Source: a virus (taxonomy: Duplodnaviria; Caudoviricetes). Taken from it: a DNA stretch of 64,000 nucleotides. Both the position numbers and the translations under genes were made by a program. The notes below the pieces were generated by a model. The model searched no databases. It saw only the letters and a list, made by a program, of their open reading frames with translations, and had not been told where the DNA came from. Location: positions 7,259 through 71,258 of IMG/VR virus record IMGVR_UViG_3300032038_000061. One strand, given 5' to 3'. Numbering within the stretch: position 1 is the stretch's first letter; each line of letters begins with the position of its first letter. This document shows, piece by piece, positions 40,219 through 50,311 of this stretch.

Positions 40219-41664
40219 ATGAAACTTGAAAGAACAACAACAGGTCTTATTATAAAAGAACCAGATGATTCTGTCAAAAGAAAAGTTATCCAATATTTTT
40301 CATTAGTAAATCCTGTACGTGAATTCTTCATTTATTCTGGTAATAATCCAGATGAACAACCTATATTCGGAAAAGAAAAGGATGTAATATATATTACATC
40401 CGGATTCTTAAATGTAAATGATGCGGGTATTCAGAGTTTACCAAGCCCTCATGTAATAACGCCACCTACACCAAAGCAAGTTAATATAAAAATGAAAATG
40501 CAACCTCGTTCACAATTACAAATAGATTGTATTGATAAATTAACAACATCAGCTTCCCCGAAGATTACAGTTGAACTAAAACCTGGTGTAGGAAAGACCT
40601 TCATAGCATTATATGCAATATCTAAATTGGGTTTTAAACCATTGATAATTACACCAACTACATTGCTTAAAAATCAATGGATTGAACAATTCATTGATTT
40701 GGGTATTGATAAAAAAGATATAGCAACAAATGTATTTGATTCACCAAGTAAAACATTTTGTGTTGTAACAATATCGTCAATTGAAAATGCATTACGTGAA
40801 GATTGGCATAAATTGATGACAACATTAAATGAAGCATCATTCGGAATTAAGGTAATCGATGAATCTCATTTACATCTTAAAGGTGTATTGAGATTCGATT
40901 CTATATGTAATATAAAACACAATTGGTATTTATCAGCTACTTTAGGGCGGTCAGATCCTCAAGAAGATGGTATACTCAATAGAGCTTTATCTGATGCAGA
41001 TAGATTTGTTGGTAATTCAAGTTACGAGGAATATCAGCATGAATATGTCAACGTATATTTCCAAGACATATACTATTATCCAACAACTGATTTATGTTTG
41101 GAACATTTCAGATATGGTTCAAAGGGTCTTATTCGTTCATCATACTATAATATGTTGATGGAATACAAAAAAGGAATTCCTTTCATAAGTAATTTAATTA
41201 ATCTGATGAAAAGGGCTAAAGCGATTACTACATATGATGGAAAGATACTTTTATTAGTACCATTGATTTCTATCATTGATAAGACGATAGAACATATGAA
41301 ACAAGATTCCTATTTTCAAAAATACACATATTCCGGTGTAGATGGCTCTATGCCATTATCGGAACGAAGACAAGCAATGGAAAGTGATTTTATTTTATCA
41401 ACATCATTGTCAATGGGAACAGGCGTTGATGTATCTAATCTTGCGGCTGTTATAAACTTTGACCAATATTCATCTCCTATAATAACTGAACAAATTTTCG
41501 GTAGATTAAGAGATAGAGGTAAAGATACTTGGTATATTGATATATGTGACCATGTAAAACAAGCAAGAATGTTAGAGAACTGGGGGAGAAAACGTAGAAC
41601 ATTATTACCATATTTCCCAGGAGCAAAAAGTGAAATAAAATTATTACCAGAAATAAAGAGTTAA
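40219..41664 (+). CDS. uvsW: SF2 DNA helicase (UvsW-like)
   Basis: KPGVGKT, VIDESH, LSATLGRSD, SMGTGVDVSNL, QIFGRLR. Confidence 0.85.
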   Translation: MKLERTTTGLIIKEPDDSVKRKVIQYFSLVNPVREFFIYSGNNPDEQPIFGKEKDVIYITSGFLNVNDAGIQSLPSPHVITPPTPKQVNIKMKMQPRSQLQIDCIDKLTTSASPKITVELKPGVGKTFIALYAISKLGFKPLIITPTTLLKNQWIEQFIDLGIDKKDIATNVFDSPSKTFCVVTISSIENALREDWHKLMTTLNEASFGIKVIDESHLHLKGVLRFDSICNIKHNWYLSATLGRSDPQEDGILNRALSDADRFVGNSSYEEYQHEYVNVYFQDIYYYPTTDLCLEHFRYGSKGLIRSSYYNMLMEYKKGIPFISNLINLMKRAKAITTYDGKILLLVPLISIIDKTIEHMKQDSYFQKYTYSGVDGSMPLSERRQAMESDFILSTSLSMGTGVDVSNLAAVINFDQYSSPIITEQIFGRLRDRGKDTWYIDICDHVKQARMLENWGRKRRTLLPYFPGAKSEIKLLPEIKS

Positions 41665-41687
41665 ATATAATAACATTCTAAATAAAA

Positions 41688-41715
41688 AAAAGAATATCAT
41701 TTAAGATATTCTTTT
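41688..41715. terminator. AT-rich bidirectional hairpin AAAAGAATATC/GATATTCTTTT
   Basis: Between convergent genes. Confidence 0.6.
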
Positions 41716-41724
41716 ATGTAAGCA

Positions 41725-41925
41725 TCATATGTCTTGTTCTTTTCTGACATATGAATATTTTGGATTTGTTGTTAACTTTGTAACACAATCCTCAATCATG
41801 TCATCAAGAAGCATATTTCCTTTGTTGCCTAATTTGACTTCAATATTTGAAAATACATCAGTCATAAATTTGAAGTTGTCTAATATGCTATCCATGATGC
41901 TCATTGGTGAATTGTAATAATTCAT
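41725..41925 (-). CDS. Small hypothetical protein (66 aa)
   Basis: AAAGGAG SD before ATG 41925. Confidence 0.65.
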   Translation of the reverse strand: MNYYNSPMSIMDSILDNFKFMTDVFSNIEVKLGNKGNMLLDDMIEDCVTKLTTNPKYSYVRKEQDI

Positions 41926-41933
41926 CACAAACA

Positions 41934-42003
41934 CTCCTTTCACATATATTATTTATATGGATAATAGAAATCCAGTCTATATCCGAATATAATGTGAAAG
42001 GAG
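41934..42003 (-). promoter_or_regulatory. Leader hairpin sequestering the SD of the 66-aa gene
   Basis: CTCCTTTCACAT (41934-41945) / ATGTGAAAGGAG (41992-42003) 12-bp inverted repeat; inner GGATA/TATCC stem. Confidence 0.55.
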
Positions 42004-42020
42004 AAAAAAAGAGAATATTT

Positions 42021-42044
42021 ATTCCCGGGCATATGCCCGGGAAT
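42021..42044. terminator. Perfect palindrome ATTCCCGGGCATATGCCCGGGAAT
   Basis: Downstream of the 42062..42439 gene; T-tract on the - strand. Confidence 0.75.
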
Positions 42045-42061
42045 GTTTCTCTACTTTTTGT

Positions 42062-42439
42062 TCAGAAGAATATCACTCTGTTATTGGGGAGATATACAAC
42101 TCCCCAATCGAAAGAACCATCATAATCATATCCTTCGATACGTTGAATACAACCTTTCGATTGTTCTATGAGTTCATCACATTTACCCTTATCAAGATAC
42201 CATGTGTCTATATCGACGCAATAGTCCTCGGAATAAACTACCAGTGATGCAACTAATAATTCTACGAGTTTGAGATAACGAGTGTCACTCTTCATTGGTC
42301 TGAAACCTTCAAAACCAACATAGACGTCTTCAGTACATCCTATGCAAAGATGACGTGTGTCATTTTCTGTGATTTCTCTTTCGAAATCATCATCTGTTAA
42401 TGAATTGATTAAGTTAATAATGTTTTCATAATTATCCAT
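42062..42439 (-). CDS. Acidic hypothetical protein (125 aa), stand-alone unit
   Basis: AAAGGAG SD; own promoter motif at 42502-42513. Confidence 0.75.
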   Translation of the reverse strand: MDNYENIINLINSLTDDDFEREITENDTRHLCIGCTEDVYVGFEGFRPMKSDTRYLKLVELLVASLVVYSEDYCVDIDTWYLDKGKCDELIEQSKGCIQRIEGYDYDGSFDWGVVYLPNNRVIFF

Positions 42440-42530
42440 TTATGAAAACTCCTTTCATTATTAAGATATAAAAGAATATTATGTATTCCTTTATTCATAT
42501 TAATAATATATATTTACAGATTTAGAAAAA

Positions 42531-44687
42531 TCAATCTAATAACATTGAATTTATCTCTCTGAAGAAATTCAAATCTGATTGTGATAATGATATTTCATTA
42601 TTCATATTATTATATCCTGTATTGTATTGATTATGCGAGTAACCATATTCATCAATAACATCATTATCGTGTTTAATAGTCATATCACGTATCAGCTGTC
42701 CTTCAAATGAATTAGGATCATCTATTACATCTGATAAATTATCAACAGTATTCTCTAATGTTGCTTGTTCATATTGATCCATTATCTGTTTAGATACATC
42801 ATATGTGCATAAGGATTTATCAATACCAAATCGTCCTAATTGATATCCATATTTCAATACATATAGTGTATGTAAATAAGCCATTACCAAGTCATCATGT
42901 TCACCCGAAGCAGCTGCCATATTACCATTCTTCTGTTCAACCAAATTACATATATCTTTTACTAAGTATTCTGTATATATCAAATGACGATAATCACTAA
43001 CCATATCTCTCAGTATATTAAACATCATCTTTCTCGTTTTAACAGTTACATATGTTCCAAAATGTTTCTTTGCTTCTGCTTTTCTTGTTAATGACATTTT
43101 TGGATGTTGTGGTTCTATAACATTTTTTGTTAATTCAGATGCACGTGGATCATGATAGAATCTGTTTTCTAATTGAGATTCTTGAACAAAATCAATTATA
43201 TCAACACCTGTCATATTTGATTCCAAACAGAATAATGCTTTAGGTAACATTTGTGCTAATGTAGTAATTACTCTCATTAAATCTAATATGCCTATTACTG
43301 GAGATAAGAATTCACCAACAACTTCTAACGTATATGGATGAACAATACACATTGCTGTATTATCACCATTCTTACCAGTGCCACAATCTATACCGATTAA
43401 GTATGGTATATCAATATCAAAATAAGGTGTATCAGATGTTAAATCAGGACGTCTTATTTCATGTTTATATACATATAGATGATATTTTTGTAATAGGAAA
43501 ATGTCATAATCATGTTGACGTATGTGTTGTTGAATGTAATCAATATCCGATTGACGGAAGAATGATCCTTGTCCACCACGGAATCTTTGTAATAATACAC
43601 CTCGACGATATTCTCCAAGTGTTCCTTTCTTAACAGCTTCGTAGTATTGTTCACTTAACCATTTTCCATCTTTTCTGAGTTGGATATAATTGAATTCTAT
43701 ATATACCATGTTTATTGGAATTCTATCACGATCTTCATCATCTGGATTAGGGACCGTTTTCATATGTTCAATTTCATCATCTGATAAATCATAAAAAGAT
43801 TCATTAAATACAGGAGTATTGTCAATAATCTTTTGGAAATCTTTTCCTTCATCGGTTTCTAAGTCACCAGGAGTTGATGCATAAATCATACATGAACGAA
43901 CCCCTAGCTGTTTTGCGGTAGCTCTGGCTTGGACGATTGTTGGGTTTGCACCATCAATAACAGCTTTCATATAAGGAATGAATTCACATTCATCAACAAA
44001 CCAACAGAACAATGAAAATCCACGGGATTTATCCGTTGCAGCATTTTCTGATTTAGCTGCTGATACAACTGCTATATTGACATTGTGTTGTTCATATTTC
44101 AACGATTGTAATCCGGGTGGATGTTTTGCATTTGCCCAAGGATTCATATACTTCGGTAAAGCCATTATATAGTCACGTAAAATACCAACGTTATCAGTAC
44201 AACGTTTTTCTGTCTTGTGCATATACGGTATATCGGCATTTCTATATTCAAACAACATTGCATATGACATTATTGCAGTAATGACAGTTGTCTTGAATGT
44301 TTGACGAGGTTGTACTAATTCAAAATCTAAACTGTGAATGAAACACCATATTGCAGCACATCCACCTCGATGTAGATATAGAGGTTGAGTACCTGCACCA
44401 CGTACAGGAATACGTGTCACTTCTCTGAAGAAATACCAAGGATTATGTTTACATTCAATAAGTATTTTTCCAATATCATCAGCAGTAATATCCGAATTAT
44501 AAGGATCCATATCCTGTACAACAAACTCAGGATGTCTAACCTCTAACATGAAATAATAATTTTTATAACCTAAATCTTTCAATTCTTTTGCTGTTAACAA
44601 AAAAGAACTATTCTTAGTACCAAAATCATAGTAATGTGGTTTTCCTGAATCATCATCAATTCTAACTATATTACTCAAATAAATCAT
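42531..44687 (-). CDS. terL: Terminase large subunit
   Basis: QPRQTFKTT Walker A variant, WFVDECEF Walker B, YASTPG, LIGIDCGTG and EHDDLVMA nuclease motifs. Confidence 0.9.
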   Translation of the reverse strand: MIYLSNIVRIDDDSGKPHYYDFGTKNSSFLLTAKELKDLGYKNYYFMLEVRHPEFVVQDMDPYNSDITADDIGKILIECKHNPWYFFREVTRIPVRGAGTQPLYLHRGGCAAIWCFIHSLDFELVQPRQTFKTTVITAIMSYAMLFEYRNADIPYMHKTEKRCTDNVGILRDYIMALPKYMNPWANAKHPPGLQSLKYEQHNVNIAVVSAAKSENAATDKSRGFSLFCWFVDECEFIPYMKAVIDGANPTIVQARATAKQLGVRSCMIYASTPGDLETDEGKDFQKIIDNTPVFNESFYDLSDDEIEHMKTVPNPDDEDRDRIPINMVYIEFNYIQLRKDGKWLSEQYYEAVKKGTLGEYRRGVLLQRFRGGQGSFFRQSDIDYIQQHIRQHDYDIFLLQKYHLYVYKHEIRRPDLTSDTPYFDIDIPYLIGIDCGTGKNGDNTAMCIVHPYTLEVVGEFLSPVIGILDLMRVITTLAQMLPKALFCLESNMTGVDIIDFVQESQLENRFYHDPRASELTKNVIEPQHPKMSLTRKAEAKKHFGTYVTVKTRKMMFNILRDMVSDYRHLIYTEYLVKDICNLVEQKNGNMAAASGEHDDLVMAYLHTLYVLKYGYQLGRFGIDKSLCTYDVSKQIMDQYEQATLENTVDNLSDVIDDPNSFEGQLIRDMTIKHDNDVIDEYGYSHNQYNTGYNNMNNEISLSQSDLNFFREINSMLLD

Positions 44688-44703
44688 CTCCTTAACAAAA
44701 AAT

Positions 44704-44729
44704 ATATGGTGGGCATATGCCCACCATAT
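44704..44729 (-). terminator. Perfect palindrome ATATGGTGGGCATATGCCCACCATAT
   Basis: Between RNAP beta-C and terL; T-tract on the - strand. Confidence 0.7.
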
Positions 44730-44739
44730 TTACACACAG

Positions 44740-46983
44740 TTATTCGTATTGTTTGAGTTGTTGTAATATTGGTAACAACTCCGAGAACATTTGAAACAGT
44801 CTGTCTATATCCCCATCAGTCAGACCTTCAAATGTATTAGTTTGTTTCATTTGCGTAAAGAAGTCTATCATGTCGATAACCTGTCCACATTTGAATTCTT
44901 GATATTGTAGATAATACGAATGCATTATCAGACAATATCTGAGATCGGGTATCGAGATATTTATCTTTACATTGTTTATCATGACTTCAAATAATTCGTC
45001 TTCATTACCAATTGTCGAGTAACCAAAGATGTCGGGTTTGAGTTTAGCACCCATAAATTTTAAGATATTCTTGAGATTAGAAAGTTGTGGGAATTGGTTG
45101 TATTTAGACGTATCTATACCAATACCATTTAACTGACTCATCAGCACAGAATTATCTTCATATTGTGAACCTCTATAGTATGTCGAAATCTTCGCAAAAG
45201 CCTTTACACCAACACCTGCAAGGAAGTTGTAAGTGTCATATTCTCCATATTTAACAGGGTTGTCGGAATAAGGGATAAGGTTCTTATTATATCTACGGGT
45301 CTTAACAGGTAAATCATAAAGAGTTGTACGACCTGTAGCAACTCCTGATAATGCCTTTGATGGTTCTTGTTTCAATACCCATGTATATTGATAACCTACC
45401 GGATATTCACCGTCAACAGGTACCCAACGATGACGAAGTTTCGTGTATATCTTATAGGGTTTCATTATGTCTCCCCATTTTTTATAACACTCTAACAGAG
45501 CATCACGAACACATACTTCGTTAAGAGGCATTATCTGGATATAGAATCCATTCTTCAACAAATCCGCATATGTTGATTCTGAATCCTCTCGATATAATCT
45601 CTTTAATTCAGAACCCTGTGAAGGATTAAATGTTCCTATGAATTCTGATGCTAAATCGATTATATACTCACGTGGTTGATTTTCTTTGTCAAGTTGGATT
45701 ATATGTTGATGCATACGTTCCATCATAAATGTCATAGAAGATTCGTATGTTGCAAATGCAATGATTCTATTTACGATAGCCAACGCATTACAAACCATAT
45801 CAATCGGTCTACCATCATCAGTCTTTGGCATGAGTTGCCATGGAATAATTTGTGCAATAACTGACTTATTACCATATCTACCAACCACTTTCTGTCCAAC
45901 ATGAATGTCCTTTGGTTGTAATATAGTAAACTTAATTATTGTATCTACAATATCTTCTTTAGTAACCCAAGTAGAATTATTGAGATACTTTTCAGCTTGG
46001 TGATAGATATCAAGTAATGTTGTATCATCCTGATTTGGGTCAGATACGATTGTTGAAATAAATGAATATATCTCAGAATACCAATCTCGGATTTGGTTGA
46101 GATAATAGTTAAGTTGATCATTCTCAATATCGACGTTTGTATAGATATCCATATCGACAACCATGCCATGTGAACAGTAGTTTGTGTCATTAATATGAGG
46201 AATAGATGCTTCAGCTACTGATGATACTACACTATTCTCACGGATAGCACATAATACATCATTCTGAATTTCTTCTCCAATATTAGGAAAGGCTTTGTAA
46301 ACAGTGTCATTACCGTACTTATTCAACAGATAAGAATCTGATTTGATGTTGACAGTGACAATATCAACCATATCATATTTCAATGCTTCAGCAGCTCGGT
46401 CAGATATGACAAGGGCATCCTCAGTCAGTTCAGGAAGCACGGTATATACGAATCTGATATTACGTCCAGCACAATAGTTGTCATTAACATAAGATGATGA
46501 TTGAGCAATAGTAGTTCCCTTAGGTAAGATATCACCGTCATTATATTTACCAGCGATATTATTATACATTCGGAAACCATATTTCTCAACAAGGTTGTGT
46601 GCAGGTTCTACGACTTCACATATATACTTACCCGTACGCATATTGCGGAAGATATATGCAACAGGAGATATATTCGAGTCTTTGAACTTACGGAAGGTTT
46701 TGATGAGTTGATAGTCATCTTTTGCCTTTATATTCCAAGAGGATCTATCACCAAAGTTATTCTCAGCTCCAGTATACACCCTTGGGAATTCGGGGTCTGT
46801 TAATACGACACGTTGTGATGTGTGACGTGTTGCCATAACACCACGAACTGTCGATATTTTGTCAGGAAATGCCATTGCAGAAGCACCAAACATTGACATT
46901 GGTGTTACTTCTTGACATCTCTTCTCGATGTCCGAGACGTTGTTCATTGTGGAATGTTTACGTATTCTTTTAGACTGTTCCAT
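44740..46983 (-). CDS. rpoB: Phage multisubunit RNA polymerase beta subunit, C-terminal half
   Basis: ELTEDALVIS, VGQKVVGRYGNKSVI, MPKTDDGRPIDMVCNALAIVNR, VLKQEPSK, PVKYGEYD. Confidence 0.9.
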   Translation of the reverse strand: MEQSKRIRKHSTMNNVSDIEKRCQEVTPMSMFGASAMAFPDKISTVRGVMATRHTSQRVVLTDPEFPRVYTGAENNFGDRSSWNIKAKDDYQLIKTFRKFKDSNISPVAYIFRNMRTGKYICEVVEPAHNLVEKYGFRMYNNIAGKYNDGDILPKGTTIAQSSSYVNDNYCAGRNIRFVYTVLPELTEDALVISDRAAEALKYDMVDIVTVNIKSDSYLLNKYGNDTVYKAFPNIGEEIQNDVLCAIRENSVVSSVAEASIPHINDTNYCSHGMVVDMDIYTNVDIENDQLNYYLNQIRDWYSEIYSFISTIVSDPNQDDTTLLDIYHQAEKYLNNSTWVTKEDIVDTIIKFTILQPKDIHVGQKVVGRYGNKSVIAQIIPWQLMPKTDDGRPIDMVCNALAIVNRIIAFATYESSMTFMMERMHQHIIQLDKENQPREYIIDLASEFIGTFNPSQGSELKRLYREDSESTYADLLKNGFYIQIMPLNEVCVRDALLECYKKWGDIMKPYKIYTKLRHRWVPVDGEYPVGYQYTWVLKQEPSKALSGVATGRTTLYDLPVKTRRYNKNLIPYSDNPVKYGEYDTYNFLAGVGVKAFAKISTYYRGSQYEDNSVLMSQLNGIGIDTSKYNQFPQLSNLKNILKFMGAKLKPDIFGYSTIGNEDELFEVMINNVKINISIPDLRYCLIMHSYYLQYQEFKCGQVIDMIDFFTQMKQTNTFEGLTDGDIDRLFQMFSELLPILQQLKQYE

Positions 46984-47055
46984 TATTAGTCAGCTCCTTA
47001 AAATAAAAAGTTTTTGTAATATATTGGTTCCTCCTTTCGGAAGAATAATATATAT

Positions 47056-47883
47056 TTATAACTTCGATAATACGTCTCGAACATACTTAGCACATTTAGA
47101 ATCTTCTATCTTGTTATTTCCAATATCAGTAATTGCAAATGACAATATCAAGAATACACCTAAGACAACGAATATATCAGTCTTGAGTATATTATTATTA
47201 ACCAATTTCATTATAAGATTTTTTACATTTATTACAGGGATATCCCCATGTTCTATCATGTAAAATTTCTGTGCTACGGCAATGTCTGGATTGAATATGA
47301 GATCTTCACATTTTTCAATATATTTAATCTCATTGATTCTGCTGGTATGAATATAATTCTTCCAATCCTTGAGAGAAATGTTGTCAACGATATACTCAAT
47401 CACAGGGGTATAGTTTGAGTAGATCTTCATACGAATTAAATCAATTTGATCAAGATATTTGAACAACGAGTAGTATATGAACAGATCCTCATGGACAATA
47501 ACCAATTTCTCAGGATGTTCTTTAATGAACATGACAGTTTCATTGGTCATTCCAAGGGTATCTTCCAATACTTCGATTGTTATTATAGATGCTATCTCTT
47601 TGAATTCAGCCACTTCCTGATTAACTGTAAAGATCTTATGATAGTTCTCACCTTCGTCATCAGTAGCACCAGGAATGAATGCATCAATTGGAGATGTAAC
47701 CATCTCAATTGAACTCAATACATTGAGGAAGTTCTCCTCATAGGTCTTTCTGTCGATATAAACATGTCTGCCATTAAGCATGACCATATTCTGAAAGAAT
47801 ACATTGCATGCGGCGATGTTAACTCGATGATTGTTATAACACTTCTCGAATTCAATAAGTTTTTTAGTTGGAATATTTAACAT
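47056..47883 (-). CDS. Hypothetical protein (275 aa)
   Basis: AGGAGG SD. Confidence 0.75.
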   Translation of the reverse strand: MLNIPTKKLIEFEKCYNNHRVNIAACNVFFQNMVMLNGRHVYIDRKTYEENFLNVLSSIEMVTSPIDAFIPGATDDEGENYHKIFTVNQEVAEFKEIASIITIEVLEDTLGMTNETVMFIKEHPEKLVIVHEDLFIYYSLFKYLDQIDLIRMKIYSNYTPVIEYIVDNISLKDWKNYIHTSRINEIKYIEKCEDLIFNPDIAVAQKFYMIEHGDIPVINVKNLIMKLVNNNILKTDIFVVLGVFLILSFAITDIGNNKIEDSKCAKYVRDVLSKL

Positions 47884-47912
47884 GATTGACCTCCTATATA
47901 TTATGAGTTTAT

Positions 47913-48044
47913 TTATACAGCTTTCATTTGATAATATTGATTACGTAATGCAACATAATTTGAGATCACGTATTCAATACCATACATTTGAATTATCATC
48001 TGGATGAATTCATCCAGATGATTATAATTTGATTTCTGATCCAT
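47913..48044 (-). CDS. 43-aa small ORF MDQKSNYNHLDEFIQMIIQMYGIEYVISNYVALRNQYYQMKAV
   Basis: AAAGGAAG SD; fills the gap between co-directional genes; hand-translated. Confidence 0.55.
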   Translation of the reverse strand: MDQKSNYNHLDEFIQMIIQMYGIEYVISNYVALRNQYYQMKAV

Positions 48045-48074
48045 AGTGGTCACTTCCTTTACAAAAATATGTAA

Positions 48075-48308
48075 TTACGTTTGTAACTCATCTATGATAT
48101 CATCGATCGCCGTTCCATTAAACATGGCATGATCAACCCCTCTCGCATTAGGTGGTAATACATAATTAGGGTTGTTCATCATTGCTTCTTGATGTTTATT
48201 CGCTTCTTCAATTTGTTTTATCCTTATATCCCGGAGACGGTGCACAAATGGAAGCGGCAATTGTGCCAGCATATCCATAGGAATGATTTTATTGAACATC
48301 AATCCCAA
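48075..48308 (-). CDS. Small protein following the tail chaperone (gp51-like or GT-type extension)
   Basis: ORF track; weak SD; frame stays open into the upstream gene. Confidence 0.5.
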   Translation of the reverse strand: MGLMFNKIIPMDMLAQLPLPFVHRLRDIRIKQIEEANKHQEAMMNNPNYVLPPNARGVDHAMFNGTAIDDIIDELQT

Positions 48309-48319
48309 CTCAATAAATT

Positions 48320-50170
48320 CTAATCCATCTCGATCAAGTTTATTTGAGTATTGCTGAGCCTTCGAGATACTTGGAAAAGCAAAGTTCCTCCAATATCGGT
48401 TACGGGAATAAATGGTTCATGACGTGCACATTTAGGACAATTAACATTTTCAACTCTAAATGTTACAGGAGATGCATTTTCCCTGCTCTTTTCAATTATT
48501 TTTACGAGTACACTTGAATCAACGACATCAAGAGATTTAGTAATGATTCTTTCCATATCATCCCAGTTAGTATAGAGATACTCTTTGGGTTTACCATTTT
48601 CATCATTCTTTATAAATGAGAATGATTTTACATACATGATGTTTGCAGAGAGATATTCAAACTCAGCAAGAGCGGGATCATCAGGTGCTAAGTTAGTCAT
48701 ATCATCTTCTCTGTATTTCTTATACAATTCCTGAACCATTGGAATCTTTTCTGTAATGAATTCATATGCTGATGGTTCATTTGTTTCAACAATAATACCG
48801 GTATGAGGAAGTTTATATCTAACCTTTTTGGTATTAACTTCATTGAATATTTTAATAGCATCTTCACCATAAGAAGCTTCATGTACACGATTATACCACT
48901 TAGGTATCTTTGATTCATCGAGCTTTACAATAGTTCTTGGATGATATGGTATTCTTATATTATATTTACATTTGGGATTTCCACATGTAATAGAGAGATT
49001 CTCTTCATCATCAGCAGTTGCAACAAGAAGACCCCACATGAGAAGTTCTCTATCGTAATACTTTGTTTTCTTAAGGAAATCATCAAAGTCTTTAAATGGT
49101 CCAATAGAAACATTTTTCATGTGTTCATATATAACAGACCATCTCTTGAGTTCGTTATCAGGACTATTATTGGAAGATGGAGCTGTTAGTTTAATAAAAT
49201 CAAACCAGTTGATTGCTCTCATGACACATCTGTATCCTGATAGAGGTAATGTGATAGGAGTATCATTGATGCCTGAATCATATGGTATGATAATACCTTC
49301 TTCTGCACTGTTCTCAACAATAGTTGTTTTCATCATCTCTTCTTGAGATACTTCTTTTACAACAATATTGATTTCATTTCCAGTTGCTAAATTCTGTACA
49401 ACAGAATCATCAATATTTACAGTAACAGGAGTATTCTGTTCTACTTGAATATTGATTGTTGGTACATCTGGTTTTAATTCAACTGGTTCTGAATTATTAT
49501 CTGAATTAGCTGTATTACCATTTGATGTATTGGCTGCTTCTGTAGGTTGTGAAAACATGAGTTTATCAATTACAATACCATCATCATTGATATTATCAAT
49601 TGCTTTTGTTCCATCAGGCATTATCCAGTTATTCAGAATGATATCTTCAAATTCAGGAGTTATCTTTTCACCTGAATTATGATAGATGTCTATAAGCTCA
49701 CCCTTCACAGCCATTTGTCCTAATGAAACTGTATATCCATTATTATCAACAACAGGTGCTTCTGGGATACCACCAGAAATCATCCTGTATTTAGCAACAA
49801 CTTTCTGTACCATTGTTGTTACAATAGACAACTTCTCACTCTGATATCCAATAGCTTGTTCATTATAAGACATATCTTTCTCATTTGGAGGATTGAATAT
49901 CTTAAAAGAAGCTGCTTCTTTTCTTTCAGCTTCTTTTTCTTTTAATGCAGTCTCTCTTTCTACCTGTGATTGTTTTTCTTCTTCAGCAATCTGATTAGCA
50001 AAGTCATCATCACCATAGAAATCTTCATTAGATATAGTATTTGGGATTGGTGTAGTTTCACCAACACTACTTGATTCTATTACTGGTTCGGGTTCATTTC
50101 TACCCATGACTGCTTTATGTCTTGTGATAAGATCTGTCAATGGATCAGCATTTTTATTAATCTCTGACAT
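48320..50170 (-). CDS. Probable tail/baseplate hub assembly chaperone (T4 gp26-like) with a long acidic N-terminal extension
   Basis: DRELLMWGL...ITCGNPKC and VNCPKC Zn motifs; lies downstream of sheath and tube on the same strand. Confidence 0.5.
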   Translation of the reverse strand: MSEINKNADPLTDLITRHKAVMGRNEPEPVIESSSVGETTPIPNTISNEDFYGDDDFANQIAEEEKQSQVERETALKEKEAERKEAASFKIFNPPNEKDMSYNEQAIGYQSEKLSIVTTMVQKVVAKYRMISGGIPEAPVVDNNGYTVSLGQMAVKGELIDIYHNSGEKITPEFEDIILNNWIMPDGTKAIDNINDDGIVIDKLMFSQPTEAANTSNGNTANSDNNSEPVELKPDVPTINIQVEQNTPVTVNIDDSVVQNLATGNEINIVVKEVSQEEMMKTTIVENSAEEGIIIPYDSGINDTPITLPLSGYRCVMRAINWFDFIKLTAPSSNNSPDNELKRWSVIYEHMKNVSIGPFKDFDDFLKKTKYYDRELLMWGLLVATADDEENLSITCGNPKCKYNIRIPYHPRTIVKLDESKIPKWYNRVHEASYGEDAIKIFNEVNTKKVRYKLPHTGIIVETNEPSAYEFITEKIPMVQELYKKYREDDMTNLAPDDPALAEFEYLSANIMYVKSFSFIKNDENGKPKEYLYTNWDDMERIITKSLDVVDSSVLVKIIEKSRENASPVTFRVENVNCPKCARHEPFIPVTDIGGTLLFQVSRRLSNTQINLIEMD

Positions 50171-50311
50171 ATTTTTGTTTCTCCTTTACTTGGAATTTTG
50201 TGCATATGCACATAAGTTATATATGTATTTATTACTTCACGATACATATATAATTTATATGCACATTGAAAAATAACTGATGTGTTAGTTTAATGAAAGG
50301 GTTGATGAATT

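Noticed and set aside
48320-50170. 616-aa (and 619-aa 6420..8279) proteins as chimallin candidates by size
   Set aside because: Their motifs and position fit tail chaperone and tube-junction proteins; no chimallin-like features recognised.
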